A stretch of DNA of 61,285 bases from Clostridium sp. CAG:465 (GCA_000433755.1 FR891269.1:1-61285), one strand, 5' to 3'. Shown: positions 37,096 to 47,554, counted from the first letter of the stretch. Notes: a model not told the origin generated them from the sequence alone. Numbers and translations are program-made.

Positions 37096-39075
37096 TTATT
37101 CATTTCCAAAATATTCATTTATACTTTGAATTAGTTTTTCTTTTGCTTCATCAATTGTTATTCCTGCAAGTTGAGCACCAGCAAATGTAAGATGTCCACC
37201 GCCGCCAACTTTTTCTAAAATAGCTTGTACGTTTATATCCCCCATTGATCTACCTGAAATCATAACAACATCTTCAACTTTACACAATACAAAAGATGCT
37301 AATATTCCTGTTATATTTAATAATTCATCTGCTGCCTGAGCTGCTATTACAGGCATATCATCATAATTTTCTTCTGTAGTAGAGATAGCAATTGTTCCCT
37401 TTAAAATTTCTGCTTTTTTTACAATATCTACTTTTGCAACATATGTTGCAAAATCATTTTTAAATATTTGTTTTACCTCGGTTAAATCCAGCCCATATTT
37501 TTTTAAATATGCTGCTACTTCAAAAGTTCTTACTCCAGTTTTAAAAGTAAAGTTTTTAGTATCTACTACTATTCCAGAATAAATTGCTTCTGCTTCAACA
37601 GGACTAAGTTCAATATTATCAAGATACATTAAAATTTCTGTTACAAGTTCAGATGATGATGATGCATAAATTTCATGATATGTAAGAAGAGCATCATCAA
37701 TAAATTCAGGACCTCTTCTATGATGGTCAATTACAACTTTTTTTTCTATAGATTCTAACAAATCGGGATAAGCCAAATAAGATTTTTTATGAGTATCTAC
37801 AATTACAAGTAAAGAGCTTGCATAATCATTCTTTTTAATATCATCTTTAGTTACAAATGCATTTTTATATGAATCTAATTCTTTTAGTTTATTTACAACT
37901 AATTTAGTACTACTACTAAATTTTGTATCTGTTACAATATATGCTTCTTTATTTAAAGATCTTGCTATTTTATATACACCTACTGATGCACCTATACAGT
38001 CTATATCAGTATTTTTATGACCCATTATATATACTTTATCACATTTTAGCATTAATTCTTTTAAGGCTTGGGCTATAGTTCTTGCTCTAACCCTACTTGT
38101 TTTTTCAAGGCCCAAATTTGATCCGCCATAAAAATCAAACTTTTTATCTTTTTTTATAACTACTTGATCTCCACCTCTACCAAGTGCGATATCAAGAGCT
38201 GATGAACTTGCCATATACCTTTCATTCAAAGTATTTTCAGAATATGACATTCCAATTGAAATTGTAATTGGAAGTTTCGTTTTATCAGTTATATTTTTTA
38301 CTCTTTCTAATATTTCAAAAGTATTTTTTTCCATTTGTTCTACATATTGCTTTTCAATAAATAGTACATATTTATCTTTATCTAATTTATTTAAAATACC
38401 ATTATTTTCAACGACCCATGTTCTAATTTCTTTTTCTATCATTGATGAAATTTCGGCTCTATTTACACTATCAAGTCCTTGCAAAGTTTCTTCATAATTA
38501 TCTATAAATAAAATACCAACAACGGCCCTTGTATCTTCTAAACTTTGTCTAAGTTCACTTTCTACTGTTCTATTAATAAAAGATAAAAGAGTAACCTTAT
38601 TTTCTTTTATTAAAATGTTATTTCCTATAACATCATAAACACTTCCATTACCAATATCCACAGATAATAGTCCATTACCCTGATTTTGATTTATTTGCCT
38701 ATCGATTTGTAATGCACTATCATGTATTACTTCTAAAGGAATAATATGCTTTGCTATGTTATTTTGCCATATAATTTTATTATGATCACCAATTATAATC
38801 ATTGGAATATCTATTACATTAAGTGAGTTTTTTAGGACACTATCAAATCCATTTGCAAGTTCATTAATTCTATAATTTCTATTCTTAATTTCCTTTATAC
38901 ACAAATATATAATGAATGTTGAAATTAAAAGAATTAATATCATATCAAAATATAATGTGCTAGGTTTTACAACACAAAGGATTAATAGTGCAATTATCAC
39001 AATGATTAAATACACTATTTTTACACAAAATATACTAAAATCTAAAAATTTGTATTTTGATTTTTTTTCAAACAT
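37096..39075 (-). CDS. gdpP: GdpP/YybT-type DHH/DHHA1 phosphodiesterase (cyclic-di-AMP phosphodiesterase family)
   Basis: It has two N-terminal TM helices, a degenerate GGDEF region, the DHH motif (IDHHRR) and GGGH. It sits in the conserved position upstream of rplI-dnaB. Confidence 0.85.
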   Translation of the reverse strand: MFEKKSKYKFLDFSIFCVKIVYLIIVIIALLILCVVKPSTLYFDMILILLISTFIIYLCIKEIKNRNYRINELANGFDSVLKNSLNVIDIPMIIIGDHNKIIWQNNIAKHIIPLEVIHDSALQIDRQINQNQGNGLLSVDIGNGSVYDVIGNNILIKENKVTLLSFINRTVESELRQSLEDTRAVVGILFIDNYEETLQGLDSVNRAEISSMIEKEIRTWVVENNGILNKLDKDKYVLFIEKQYVEQMEKNTFEILERVKNITDKTKLPITISIGMSYSENTLNERYMASSSALDIALGRGGDQVVIKKDKKFDFYGGSNLGLEKTSRVRARTIAQALKELMLKCDKVYIMGHKNTDIDCIGASVGVYKIARSLNKEAYIVTDTKFSSSTKLVVNKLKELDSYKNAFVTKDDIKKNDYASSLLVIVDTHKKSYLAYPDLLESIEKKVVIDHHRRGPEFIDDALLTYHEIYASSSSELVTEILMYLDNIELSPVEAEAIYSGIVVDTKNFTFKTGVRTFEVAAYLKKYGLDLTEVKQIFKNDFATYVAKVDIVKKAEILKGTIAISTTEENYDDMPVIAAQAADELLNITGILASFVLCKVEDVVMISGRSMGDINVQAILEKVGGGGHLTFAGAQLAGITIDEAKEKLIQSINEYFGNE

Positions 39076-39107
39076 AAACGCTCCTTAAAACAATTTCATA
39101 CTATTAT

Positions 39108-39136
39108 ATTGTACTATTTTTTAGCTAAAAAGTCAA
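39108..39136 (-). promoter_or_regulatory. Sigma-A-type promoter of the gdpP-rplI-dnaB-tilS-ftsH unit
   Basis: The minus strand reads TTGACT-17 nt-TACAAT. Confidence 0.5.
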
Positions 39137-39159
39137 GAAATAACGCTTTTTTAAGAATG

Positions 39160-39205
39160 CAAAAAAACACTATAGAACTAGAATACATATTCTTTCTATG
39201 GTGTT
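39160..39205 (-). terminator. Intrinsic terminator of spo0A
   Basis: A 12-bp stem with one G-U pair (AACACTATAGAA/TTCTATGGTGTT) is followed by a T-run on the minus strand. Confidence 0.65.
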
Positions 39206-39252
39206 TAATTGAAAATTATATATTTTAACAAAAAAACATTAAATAACAAAAC

Positions 39253-40068
39253 TTAAATTTTTATTGCTGATTTATCCTCCATGCATAATTTATCTGCAAT
39301 CATTGCTATAAACTCAGAATTAGTTGGTTTACCCTTATTTGAATTTACAGTATATCCAAATATTTTATCATGCATTTCTATCTGTCCTCTATTCCATGCG
39401 ACCTCAATAGCATGTCTGATTGCTCTTTCAACTCTTGAAGACGTTGTATTAAATTTTTTTGCTAATGTTGGATATAACGTTTTAGTTATAGAATTAATAA
39501 TATCTTGATTTTCAACTGCAAGCATTATAGCCTCTCTTATATATTGATATCCTTTTATATGTGCTGGTACTCCAACATCATGAATTATATTTGTTACTCT
39601 AACCTCTATAGGAGTGCTTGTTGAATTATTTCTATTTATTGTAGAGCTACTATAATACATTGGTGTCGATACTGAACCTACTTGTTGTTCTTCAACCAAA
39701 TCTCTTAATCTTTCAGTTAATGTAGCCATATCAAAAGGTTTAACTACATAATACGTTGCTCCCAAAGATATTGCCTTTTGCGTAACTTTCTCTTGTCCAA
39801 TTGCAGACATTACAATTGTAGTAGGTTTTTCATTAGATTCTTCTCTTACTATATCTTCTAAAACAGATAATCCATCTTTTTCTGGCATTATAACATCTAA
39901 AAGCAGAATATCTGGTTTACACGTATTAATAATATTTACTGCATTTTTTCCATCATAAGCAGATGCTACAACTTCCATATCTGTTTGTGAGTTTATAAAC
40001 ATACTTAACAATTTTACAAACTCTTTATTATCATCTACAATCATAACTTTAGTTTTACTATTCATCAA
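39253..40068 (-). CDS. spo0A: Sporulation master regulator Spo0A
   Basis: The receiver domain carries VDDN..D..LLDVIMP. The Spo0A-specific C-terminal domain carries [15 protein letters not shown]. Confidence 0.92.
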   Translation of the reverse strand: MMNSKTKVMIVDDNKEFVKLLSMFINSQTDMEVVASAYDGKNAVNIINTCKPDILLLDVIMPEKDGLSVLEDIVREESNEKPTTIVMSAIGQEKVTQKAISLGATYYVVKPFDMATLTERLRDLVEEQQVGSVSTPMYYSSSTINRNNSTSTPIEVRVTNIIHDVGVPAHIKGYQYIREAIMLAVENQDIINSITKTLYPTLAKKFNTTSSRVERAIRHAIEVAWNRGQIEMHDKIFGYTVNSNKGKPTNSEFIAMIADKLCMEDKSAIKI

Positions 40069-40162
40069 AATCCTCCTAACGTTTAACTAATAGTGCAAAA
40101 CCAATTATATATAATTTTTCCCAAAAAATCAAGGATTTTTGGCGGTTTTTACCATCGACTTT

Positions 40163-40169
40163 TGTCGAA
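40163..40169. promoter_or_regulatory. Candidate 0A box (TGTCGAA) in the divergent spo0A/SASP intergenic region
   Basis: It is an exact match to the TGNCGAA consensus. An inverted half-site (ATCGAC) lies at 40154..40159. Confidence 0.4.
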
Positions 40170-40312
40170 ACAAATACATATATATAATTTTTTATTTATT
40201 TTTTTATTTTCATAAATTTTCCAGTATTTTTTTAAATAAAAATCACAAATTAATAACAGTAAAACATCTTTTTATCGAATATTGTTTTACTAACAAATTG
40301 GAGGTGAATTAA

Positions 40313-40510
40313 ATGGCAAAATCTAAAAGTAACCCACAAGCTAGAGCTGCTTTAGATAAATTTAAATATGAAGTAGCAAACGAAATAGGTGTAAACCTAA
40401 AGCAAGGATACAATGGTGACTTAACTTCTAAACAAGCTGGTTCTGTTGGTGGTGAAATGGTTAAAAAATTAGTAGCTAAAGCTGCTAATGATATGCAACA
40501 AGGTCAATAA
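40313..40510 (+). CDS. Small acid-soluble spore protein, alpha/beta type
   Basis: It reads ...LDKFKYEVANEIGVNLKQGYNGDLTSKQAGSVGGEMVKKLV. The SD is GGAGGTG. Confidence 0.9.
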   Translation: MAKSKSNPQARAALDKFKYEVANEIGVNLKQGYNGDLTSKQAGSVGGEMVKKLVAKAANDMQQGQ

Positions 40511-40529
40511 TTAATAATATAACATGCTA

Positions 40530-40566
40530 AAAAGCAGGAATATATCACTTTCCTGCTTTTTTCATG
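40530..40566 (+). terminator. Intrinsic terminator of the first SASP gene
   Basis: The stem AAAAGCAGGAA/TTCCTGCTTTT is followed by a T-run. Confidence 0.7.
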
Positions 40567-40685
40567 ATATTTTGTAGTTATAACGAGAAATATTATAGAA
40601 AAAATTTATATTTTTAAAAAATAATGTATAAATAAAAAAAATCAGCAAATATTAAGAATATAAAAGAAAATTGGAGGTGAATAAC

Positions 40686-40895
40686 ATGGCATACTCAAAC
40701 AGTCAAATGAGCAACAAACAAGCTAAAGCTGCTCTTAATAAATTAAAGACAGAAGTAGCAAGCGAAATAGGTGTTAACCTAAAGCAAGGATACAATGGTG
40801 ATTTAACTTCTAAACAAGCTGGGCAAATCGGTGGTGAAATGGTTAAAAAACTAGTAGCTAAAGCTGCTAACGATATGCAAAACGGAATGAACTAA
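40686..40895 (+). CDS. Small acid-soluble spore protein, alpha/beta type (tandem paralogue)
   Basis: It reads ...LNKLKTEVASEIGVNLKQGYNGDLTSKQAGQIGGEMVKKLV. The start is at ATG 40686, with the same SD context as the first copy. Confidence 0.9.
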   Translation: MAYSNSQMSNKQAKAALNKLKTEVASEIGVNLKQGYNGDLTSKQAGQIGGEMVKKLVAKAANDMQNGMN

Positions 40896-40913
40896 TTTAG
40901 TTTGTATATTGAA

Positions 40914-40947
40914 ATAGGGTTAATTAAATTTAACTCTATTTTTTTAT
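40914..40947 (+). terminator. Intrinsic terminator of the second SASP gene
   Basis: A 10-bp stem with one G-U pair is followed by a T-run. Confidence 0.6.
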
Positions 40948-41003
40948 TTTTGTTGATAAACACATTTATTTAATATATAATTATATAAAGGAGTGATTAT
41001 CAT

Positions 41004-41255
41004 ATGAATAATACAAATATACCAAATGAGTATAAACCGATTTCAGCATGGGGATATTTTGGATATAATATTTTATTTTCTATCCCTATTATTGGATTTA
41101 TTTTTCTTATTGTCTTTTCATTCGATTCTTCAAATATAAATAGAAGAAACTATGCAAGATCATTTTTTATAATTTACTTACTTATCGCCATTGCCTTAGG
41201 TATATTATTTGCTTTTGCAGGAAGTATTAGCTTATTAAGTTTTATTCAAAAATAA
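41004..41255 (+). CDS. Small membrane protein, hypothetical
   Basis: The 83-aa protein has two TM helices and the SD AAGGAGTG. Confidence 0.5.
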   Translation: MNNTNIPNEYKPISAWGYFGYNILFSIPIIGFIFLIVFSFDSSNINRRNYARSFFIIYLLIAIALGILFAFAGSISLLSFIQK

Positions 41256-41272
41256 CAAAATTTAACCAAATA

Positions 41273-41310
41273 AAAGGAATGAAATTATTATAAATTCATT
41301 CCTTTTTCTT
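41273..41310. terminator. Terminator hairpin between convergent genes
   Basis: The stem is 11 bp (AAAGGAATGAA/TTCATTCCTTT). Confidence 0.6.
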
Positions 41311-41346
41311 TTTTATATCTAAAAATTATATTAAATTAGTCTAAAA

Positions 41347-42078
41347 CTAATATAAAGTAAATGTATCAGGTATTTTAAAATTATCACTATATCTATCTGG
41401 TCCTTCAATTCCAATATAATGAGTCTTCTTGTCTCCTAGTTCAAAGCACCAAGTTACCAACCATTTATTTAAACTTGTGTAATACCCATATACTTGGTAT
41501 GCTGTATATATACCAACTTTTACAGTTGCACCTGTTACTCCTACCGCTCCGTCTTGTTTCATCCTTGTGTAACAACTATCTGCATATGTTTTTGCATCTA
41601 TAGTACTTGATGGTCTTGCATACATTGATATTATCCAATTACCATCTAAAGTGTATTCTAATACAGATGGATTATCAACATCATTATATTTGTACCAATT
41701 GTCTTCAACTTTTAAATATCCAAATTCACTATTTCCTATTTTATTTAATTCTTTTGTTGTATTGTTATTTATATCAATATCTTTATTAATTTTATCATTT
41801 TTTATTTTTTTAGAAACAAACACAACACCTAAAATAATTCCAATAATAACAACAATTGCAGCCACAGATATAAATATAATTAAACCTGTTTTTGTCGCTT
41901 TATTATTACTATATTGGCTATTATTTGGATTAACATTAGAATTTTTGTTTGCACTAAATTCATTTATAGAGTTATTGTTTAATTCTTCAATATTTTCATA
42001 TTTAACAATTTTTTCTCCACAAACATTACAAAAAAGAGCATCCGGTTCAACTTGATTTCCACACTTTCCACAAAACAT
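41347..42078 (-). CDS. Zinc-ribbon / single-TM / extracytoplasmic-domain protein, hypothetical
   Basis: The N-terminus carries CGKCG...CNVCG, followed by an Asn-rich linker, a TM helix and a 140-aa C-terminal domain. Confidence 0.6.
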   Translation of the reverse strand: MFCGKCGNQVEPDALFCNVCGEKIVKYENIEELNNNSINEFSANKNSNVNPNNSQYSNNKATKTGLIIFISVAAIVVIIGIILGVVFVSKKIKNDKINKDIDINNNTTKELNKIGNSEFGYLKVEDNWYKYNDVDNPSVLEYTLDGNWIISMYARPSSTIDAKTYADSCYTRMKQDGAVGVTGATVKVGIYTAYQVYGYYTSLNKWLVTWCFELGDKKTHYIGIEGPDRYSDNFKIPDTFTLY

Positions 42079-42321
42079 AAATCATATTCCCCATTAAAAT
42101 TATTTTGACATATTCAGTATGTTATAAAAAAAATAAATATGCAATAATATTATTAAAATTTTTAAGTTTTATTAACTACCTCTACAATATTCTTCATTAA
42201 AGAGTTACGTCCTTTTTTAAATACTAATGAATATATAGCAATATAGTCCATATTATTAATAGAAAATCGATTTTTCATATAATACAAAAATAACACCCTT
42301 ACGGATGCTATTTTATAAATT

Positions 42322-43632
42322 TTAATTATTTAAAAATCCTGTGTAATGTCTACTTACCATTTGTGTTTCAACATTCTTTAATACTTCAAGTGCAACACTT
42401 ACGATGATTAACACTGATGTACCCCCAAACGTAATTGAAAATGGCATCACACCTTGTAATAGTATTGGAAGTATAGCAATTGCTGCTAAGAATACTGCTC
42501 CAAAACTAGTTATATATTTTAGTACTTTTGATATGTACTCTGATGTATTTTTTCCAGCTCTTATGCCTGGTATAAATCCACCATTTTTCTTTAATTGATT
42601 TGATATTTCAACTGGATTTACTATAAACATTGTGTATACAAATGTAAATGCAATAATAAGTACTAGATATATTATAGAATATGCAAGTAAATAATACCAT
42701 GCACTACCTTGTGATACAGAGAATATGTTATTTACAACAGCCCAAAATCCTGATGGATTTCCGTGAGTACAAAGACTAATTATTGTACTTGGGAACATCA
42801 TAAATGACATTGCAAATATTATTGGCATAACTCCAGCCATTGCAACTTTAATTGGAATATGAGTGTTTTGTCCACCATACATTTTTCTTCCAACTACACG
42901 TTTTGCATAGTTAACTGGAATCCTACGTTCAGCTTGTTGTACATATATAACTCCTGCTATAACAACTATCATAGCTAATATTAATGCAACAACAATTAAT
43001 ACATTTGTTATTCCACCATTAGCATATTTAAATAGTGTAACAACACCTGAAGGTATACGAGATATGATACCTACAAAAACTATCATAGATATACCGTTAC
43101 CGATACCAAATTCAGTTATTTTATCGCCAAGCCATGTAAGTAAAGCTGTACCTGCTATTAAAGATGTCATAAATAGTACACATCCCATAACAGCACCTGC
43201 TCCAGATTGAAGAGGAGTAAGTAAATAATTTTTATATGTTATATATAGTCCTAAACCTTCAACTAAAGCAAAAACTATAGTCAAATATTTAGTATATTTA
43301 GAAAGTCTCTTTTTACCCTCTTCTCCTTCTCTTGCAAGTTTTTCAAGACTTGGAATTACAACTTGTAATAAATTAAGTACAATTGATGCTGTAATGTATG
43401 GTCCAATAGTCATTGCAAATATTGAAAATCTACCAAATGCACCACCTGATATTAAATTTATTGTTGCTGCAAGTCCACCAGCAGCACCTGCTTGTTCATT
43501 AAATGTTAATTTATCAAATCCAGGTACAGATATAAATGTACCAAATCTAAATAGTAATATTATAAATACAGTAAATAATAATTTTTTTCTTATATCTTTT
43601 ACAGAAAATATATTTTTTAAGGTTTGTAGCAT
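42322..43632 (-). CDS. secY: Preprotein translocase subunit SecY
   Basis: The protein has 10 TM helices, reads ...LFRFGTFISVPG..., and occupies the usual position after rplO. Confidence 0.92.
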   Translation of the reverse strand: MLQTLKNIFSVKDIRKKLLFTVFIILLFRFGTFISVPGFDKLTFNEQAGAAGGLAATINLISGGAFGRFSIFAMTIGPYITASIVLNLLQVVIPSLEKLAREGEEGKKRLSKYTKYLTIVFALVEGLGLYITYKNYLLTPLQSGAGAVMGCVLFMTSLIAGTALLTWLGDKITEFGIGNGISMIVFVGIISRIPSGVVTLFKYANGGITNVLIVVALILAMIVVIAGVIYVQQAERRIPVNYAKRVVGRKMYGGQNTHIPIKVAMAGVMPIIFAMSFMMFPSTIISLCTHGNPSGFWAVVNNIFSVSQGSAWYYLLAYSIIYLVLIIAFTFVYTMFIVNPVEISNQLKKNGGFIPGIRAGKNTSEYISKVLKYITSFGAVFLAAIAILPILLQGVMPFSITFGGTSVLIIVSVALEVLKNVETQMVSRHYTGFLNN

Positions 43633-43635
43633 ATC

Positions 43636-44076
43636 CTACTTCACCTCAATCTTTCCACCTACAGCTTGTATTTTTTCTATAGCTGATTTTGAAAATTTAG
43701 TTGCTACAACTGTTAGTTTTTTTGTTAATTTACCATTTCCAAGTACTTTGATACCATCTAATTCTTTATTTACTAATCCTTTTTCAATTAATACCTTAGA
43801 ATCTACAACTGTATCATTATCAAATACTTCTAAATCTGCTATATTAACAATAGCATATTCTTTAGCGAAATGATTGTTGAATCCTCTTTTTGGAATTCTT
43901 CTATATAAAGGTGTTTGTCCACCTTCAAATCCTCTTCTGATTTTACCACCAGTTCTAGCTTTTTGACCTTTATGTCCTTTTCCAGCAGTTTTACCAGTTC
44001 CGCTTCCTATTCCTCTACCAACTATTTTTCTTTTAGTTGTTGCTCCATATGCAGGACCTAATTCATGCATTTTCAT
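43636..44076 (-). CDS. rplO: 50S ribosomal protein L15
   Basis: It reads ..[22 protein letters not shown].. Confidence 0.92.
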   Translation of the reverse strand: MKMHELGPAYGATTKRKIVGRGIGSGTGKTAGKGHKGQKARTGGKIRRGFEGGQTPLYRRIPKRGFNNHFAKEYAIVNIADLEVFDNDTVVDSKVLIEKGLVNKELDGIKVLGNGKLTKKLTVVATKFSKSAIEKIQAVGGKIEVK

Positions 44077-44112
44077 GGTTAAGTATCCTCCTCTCTTTTA
44101 AATTATACATTA

Positions 44113-44652
44113 TTATTTTAAAATTTCAGTTACTGTTTTGTCTCTAAGTTCAGCTACTTCTTCAGGTGTTCTCATAGCTTTTAAAGCTTTAATTGTAGCA
44201 TAAACAACATTTCTACTATTACGAGAACCTAATGTTTTTGCTGTTACATTCTTAACACCTGCAAGTTCTAATACAGGTCTTACAGCTCCACCAGCAATAA
44301 CACCAGTACCTTCAACAGCTGGTTTTAAAATTACCTTTGATGAACCAAAATTTGTTGTATATTCATGAGGTAATGTACCGTTTACTAGAGATATTTTTAC
44401 TAAATTTTTCTTAGCGTCATCAGTTGCCTTTTTTATAGCTTCTGGAACTTCTGCAGATTTACCGTTTCCAACACCGATACGACCTTTTCCATCTCCAACA
44501 ACTACAAGAGCACTAAATCTAAAAGTTCTACCACCTTTAACAACTTTTGCTACTCTACTAACATTAACAAGTTTTTCTTTTAGTTCTTGTTTTTGCTCAG
44601 ATCTAGCTTCAGTCTTTTTAACTGGTTTTCTCTCTTTTTTTGTTTCAGCCAT
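44113..44652 (-). CDS. rpsE: 30S ribosomal protein S5
   Basis: It reads ..[24 protein letters not shown].. Confidence 0.92.
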   Translation of the reverse strand: MAETKKERKPVKKTEARSEQKQELKEKLVNVSRVAKVVKGGRTFRFSALVVVGDGKGRIGVGNGKSAEVPEAIKKATDDAKKNLVKISLVNGTLPHEYTTNFGSSKVILKPAVEGTGVIAGGAVRPVLELAGVKNVTAKTLGSRNSRNVVYATIKALKAMRTPEEVAELRDKTVTEILK

Positions 44653-44670
44653 CTTACTTTCTCCTCTCTA

Positions 44671-45030
44671 TTAAAATTCTAATCCTGCTTCTCTAGCTGC
44701 TTCTGCTAATGCTTTAACTTTTCCATGATATAAATATCCGTTTCTGTCAAACACTACAGTTTTAATTTCCTTTTTAGCAGCTCTTTTTGCAATAAGTGTT
44801 CCTACTTCTTTAGCTGCTTCTACATTTGATGCTTTAGTTTTAACTTCTTTATCAAGTGTAGACGCAGATAATATAGTAGTTGCAGTTTCATCGTTAATTA
44901 GATTTGCATATATATTGTTTAAGCTTCTGTAAACGCAAAGTCTAGGTCTTAATGCTGTACCTTTAACTTTTGCTCTTACTCTTTTTTGTCTAGTTTTTCT
45001 AGTTTCAGCTCTATTAACATTTTTTATCAT
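44671..45030 (-). CDS. rplR: 50S ribosomal protein L18
   Basis: It reads ..[20 protein letters not shown].. and ends ..AREAGLEF. Confidence 0.92.
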   Translation of the reverse strand: MIKNVNRAETRKTRQKRVRAKVKGTALRPRLCVYRSLNNIYANLINDETATTILSASTLDKEVKTKASNVEAAKEVGTLIAKRAAKKEIKTVVFDRNGYLYHGKVKALAEAAREAGLEF

Positions 45031-45066
45031 TTCAAAATTTCCCTCCTTTTTTTAGTTTCAGGAATA

Positions 45067-45603
45067 TTATTTTTTACCGCCTGCTTTTCCTTCTTTTCTT
45101 CTTATTCTTTCATCAGCGTATTTGATACCTTTACCTTTATATGGTTCTGGTAATCTCTTTTCTCTTATGTTAGCAGCTATTTGACCAACTAATTGCTTGT
45201 CACAGCCTTTAACAATAATTTGGTTTTGTGCTGGTACTTCAATTGTGATACCTTCAACTTCCTCTATTTCTACAGGATGTGAATAACCTAAAGTTAGCAC
45301 TAATTTTTTACCTTGTTTTTGTGCTCTATATCCAACACCATTTATTTCTAATGCTTTTTCAAATCCAGTACTTACACCAATAATCATGTTATGAATTAAT
45401 GTTCTTGTCAAACCATGAATATTTGATTTTGAATCATCTACAAGTGTAACTACTACGTTATTATCTTCCTTAGCTATATTTACACAGTTTAAGAATTCTT
45501 CTGTTAAAGTTCCTTTTGGTCCTTTTACAGTAACCTTGTGTCCATCGATGTTTACTTCAACACCTTGTGGTATAGCAATAGGTTTTTTACCTATTCTTGA
45601 CAT
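45067..45603 (-). CDS. rplF: 50S ribosomal protein L6
   Basis: It reads [17 protein letters not shown].. Confidence 0.92.
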   Translation of the reverse strand: MSRIGKKPIAIPQGVEVNIDGHKVTVKGPKGTLTEEFLNCVNIAKEDNNVVVTLVDDSKSNIHGLTRTLIHNMIIGVSTGFEKALEINGVGYRAQKQGKKLVLTLGYSHPVEIEEVEGITIEVPAQNQIIVKGCDKQLVGQIAANIREKRLPEPYKGKGIKYADERIRRKEGKAGGKK

Positions 45604-45636
45604 TTGGATATTCCCTCCTTTTTACTTATATTTTTA

Positions 45637-46032
45637 TTACCAAACGTAAGCTAATACTTCTCCTGCTACGTTTTGTTTTCTTGCTTCCTTATCAGTCATA
45701 ATACCTTTTGAAGTAGAAATTATAGCAATTCCTAGTCCATTAAGTACTCTTGGTAATTCTTCAACATTTGCATATATTCTAAGACCTGGTTTACTGATTC
45801 TCTTTAAACCTTGTAATACTCTAGTCTTATTTTTATATTTAAGTGTAAGTCTTATTGTTTTGTGAAGTCCTTCTTCAATTATATCACAGGCTTCAACAAA
45901 ACCTTCACTTACCAATATATCAGCTATTGCTTTCTTTTCTTTAGAATAAGGAATATCAACTGTTTGATGTCTTTCTTGATTTGCATTTCTTATTCTTGTT
46001 AACATATCTGCAATTGGATCAGTTGTGTTCAT
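45637..46032 (-). CDS. rpsH: 30S ribosomal protein S8
   Basis: It reads ..[14 protein letters not shown].. Confidence 0.92.
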   Translation of the reverse strand: MNTTDPIADMLTRIRNANQERHQTVDIPYSKEKKAIADILVSEGFVEACDIIEEGLHKTIRLTLKYKNKTRVLQGLKRISKPGLRIYANVEELPRVLNGLGIAIISTSKGIMTDKEARKQNVAGEVLAYVW

Positions 46033-46049
46033 TACTTTTACCTCCTTTT

Positions 46050-46235
46050 TTACCAGCTTGCTTTTTTAACTCCTGGTATTTCACCTTTATATGCTAAGTT
46101 TCTAAAACATATACGGCATATTCCATATTTTCTCATGTAAGCATGTGGTCTTCCACATATTTTACATCTATTATAATATCTAGTGCTAAACTTTGGTTCT
46201 CTTTTTTGTTTAGCAATCATTGATTTTTTTGCCAT
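46050..46235 (-). CDS. rpsN: 30S ribosomal protein S14, type Z (zinc-binding, 61 aa)
   Basis: It contains [20 protein letters not shown]. Confidence 0.92.
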   Translation of the reverse strand: MAKKSMIAKQKREPKFSTRYYNRCKICGRPHAYMRKYGICRICFRNLAYKGEIPGVKKASW

Positions 46236-46247
46236 GTTTTATCCTCC

Positions 46248-46793
46248 CTACTTTTCATCATGTTGGAATGGCATACCTAACATTTCTAGTAGTGCTTTAG
46301 CTTCTTCATCAGTTTTTGCTGTTGTAACAAAGCTAATGTCCATTCCTCTTGCTTTATCTACTTTATCATATTCAATTTCTGGGAAAATTAATTGTTCTTT
46401 TATTCCCAAAGAATAGTTACCTCTTGAGTCAAAAGATTTTGTGCTAACACCTTTGAAATCTCTAACTCTAGGTAGAGCAACATTGAACAATTTTGTTGCA
46501 AAATCATACATTTTATCTCTTCTTAATGTAACTTTACAACCAATGTTCATACCTTCTCTTAATTTAAATGCAGCAATTGATTTTCTTGCTTTAGTAATCA
46601 TAGGTTTTTGACCTGCGATTAAAGTTAAATCAGACATAGCTACATCTAAAGCTTTTGAGTTTTCTTTTACATCAGAAACTCCCATGTTTATAACAATTTT
46701 ATCTAGTTTAGGTACTTGCATTACTGATTTATAATTAAATTTTTTCATCATTGCAGGTACTACTTCTGATTTATATTTTTCTTTAAGGTTCAT
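46248..46793 (-). CDS. rplE: 50S ribosomal protein L5
   Basis: It reads [30 protein letters not shown].. Confidence 0.92.
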   Translation of the reverse strand: MNLKEKYKSEVVPAMMKKFNYKSVMQVPKLDKIVINMGVSDVKENSKALDVAMSDLTLIAGQKPMITKARKSIAAFKLREGMNIGCKVTLRRDKMYDFATKLFNVALPRVRDFKGVSTKSFDSRGNYSLGIKEQLIFPEIEYDKVDKARGMDISFVTTAKTDEEAKALLEMLGMPFQHDEK

Positions 46794-46808
46794 CTATTTT
46801 TCCCCTCC

Positions 46809-47138
46809 TTACTTTATTTCTTCACATTTTTTACAGAATCTTGTTTTTGTTCCATCTTCTGCAACTTTTATTCCAAGTCTTACACCCTTATCACATTTAT
46901 CACAGTAGAAACTTACTTTTGATATATTTATAGGGCATTCTCTTTTTATAATTCCTGACTCTTGACCTTGTTTTGTAGGTTTAACATGTTTTGTTCTTAC
47001 ATTGATTCCTTCAACTAATACTTTACCTGTTTTTCTGTCAACGCTAAGTATTTTTCCTTTTTTTCCTTTTTCAGAACCAGTGTTAACTACTACCATATCA
47101 CCTTTTTTTAATTTCATTTTTGTAATCAATTTATTCAC
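46809..47138 (-). CDS. rplX: 50S ribosomal protein L24, with CxxC...CxxC in the C-terminal part
   Basis: It reads ..KLKKGDMVVVNTGSEKGKKGKI.. The start is ambiguous between GTG 47138, TTG 47129 and ATG 47117. Confidence 0.9.
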   Translation of the reverse strand: MNKLITKMKLKKGDMVVVNTGSEKGKKGKILSVDRKTGKVLVEGINVRTKHVKPTKQGQESGIIKRECPINISKVSFYCDKCDKGVRLGIKVAEDGTKTRFCKKCEEIK

Positions 47139-47147
47139 CCCCGTATA

Positions 47148-47516
47148 TTAAAGAACTTCTGGAGCTAGAGAGACTATTTTCATATAGTCATTATCTCTTA
47201 GTTCTCTTGCAACAGGTCCAAAAATACGTGTTCCCTTTGGTGTTTTATCATCTTTTATTATAACTGCTGCATTTTCATCAAATCTTATATATGATCCATC
47301 TTCACGTCTTAGACCTCTTTTTGTTCTTACTATAACTGCTTTTACAACGTCACCTTTTTTTACAGCTCCGCCTGGTGCTGCTTTTTTAACAGAAGCTACT
47401 ATAACATCACCAATGTTTCCCCATTTTCTGTGATGTCCACCAAGAACTCTTATACACATAATCTCTTTTGCTCCTGTGTTATCTGCAACTTTTAACAATG
47501 ATTGTTGTTGTATCAT
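47148..47516 (-). CDS. rplN: 50S ribosomal protein L14
   Basis: It reads [18 protein letters not shown].. Confidence 0.93.
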   Translation of the reverse strand: MIQQQSLLKVADNTGAKEIMCIRVLGGHHRKWGNIGDVIVASVKKAAPGGAVKKGDVVKAVIVRTKRGLRREDGSYIRFDENAAVIIKDDKTPKGTRIFGPVARELRDNDYMKIVSLAPEVL

Positions 47517-47554
47517 GGATTAGTCCTCCCTTCAAATTATATTTAAACAACTAA

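Noticed and set aside
42079-42321. I looked for a remnant of adk or a small gene after secY. A 38-codon ORF (MKNRFSINNMDYIAIYSLVFKKGRNSLMKNIVEVVNKT) is present.
   Set aside because: The ORF has no similarity to adenylate kinase motifs (no GxPGxGKGT), no convincing SD, and is very short.
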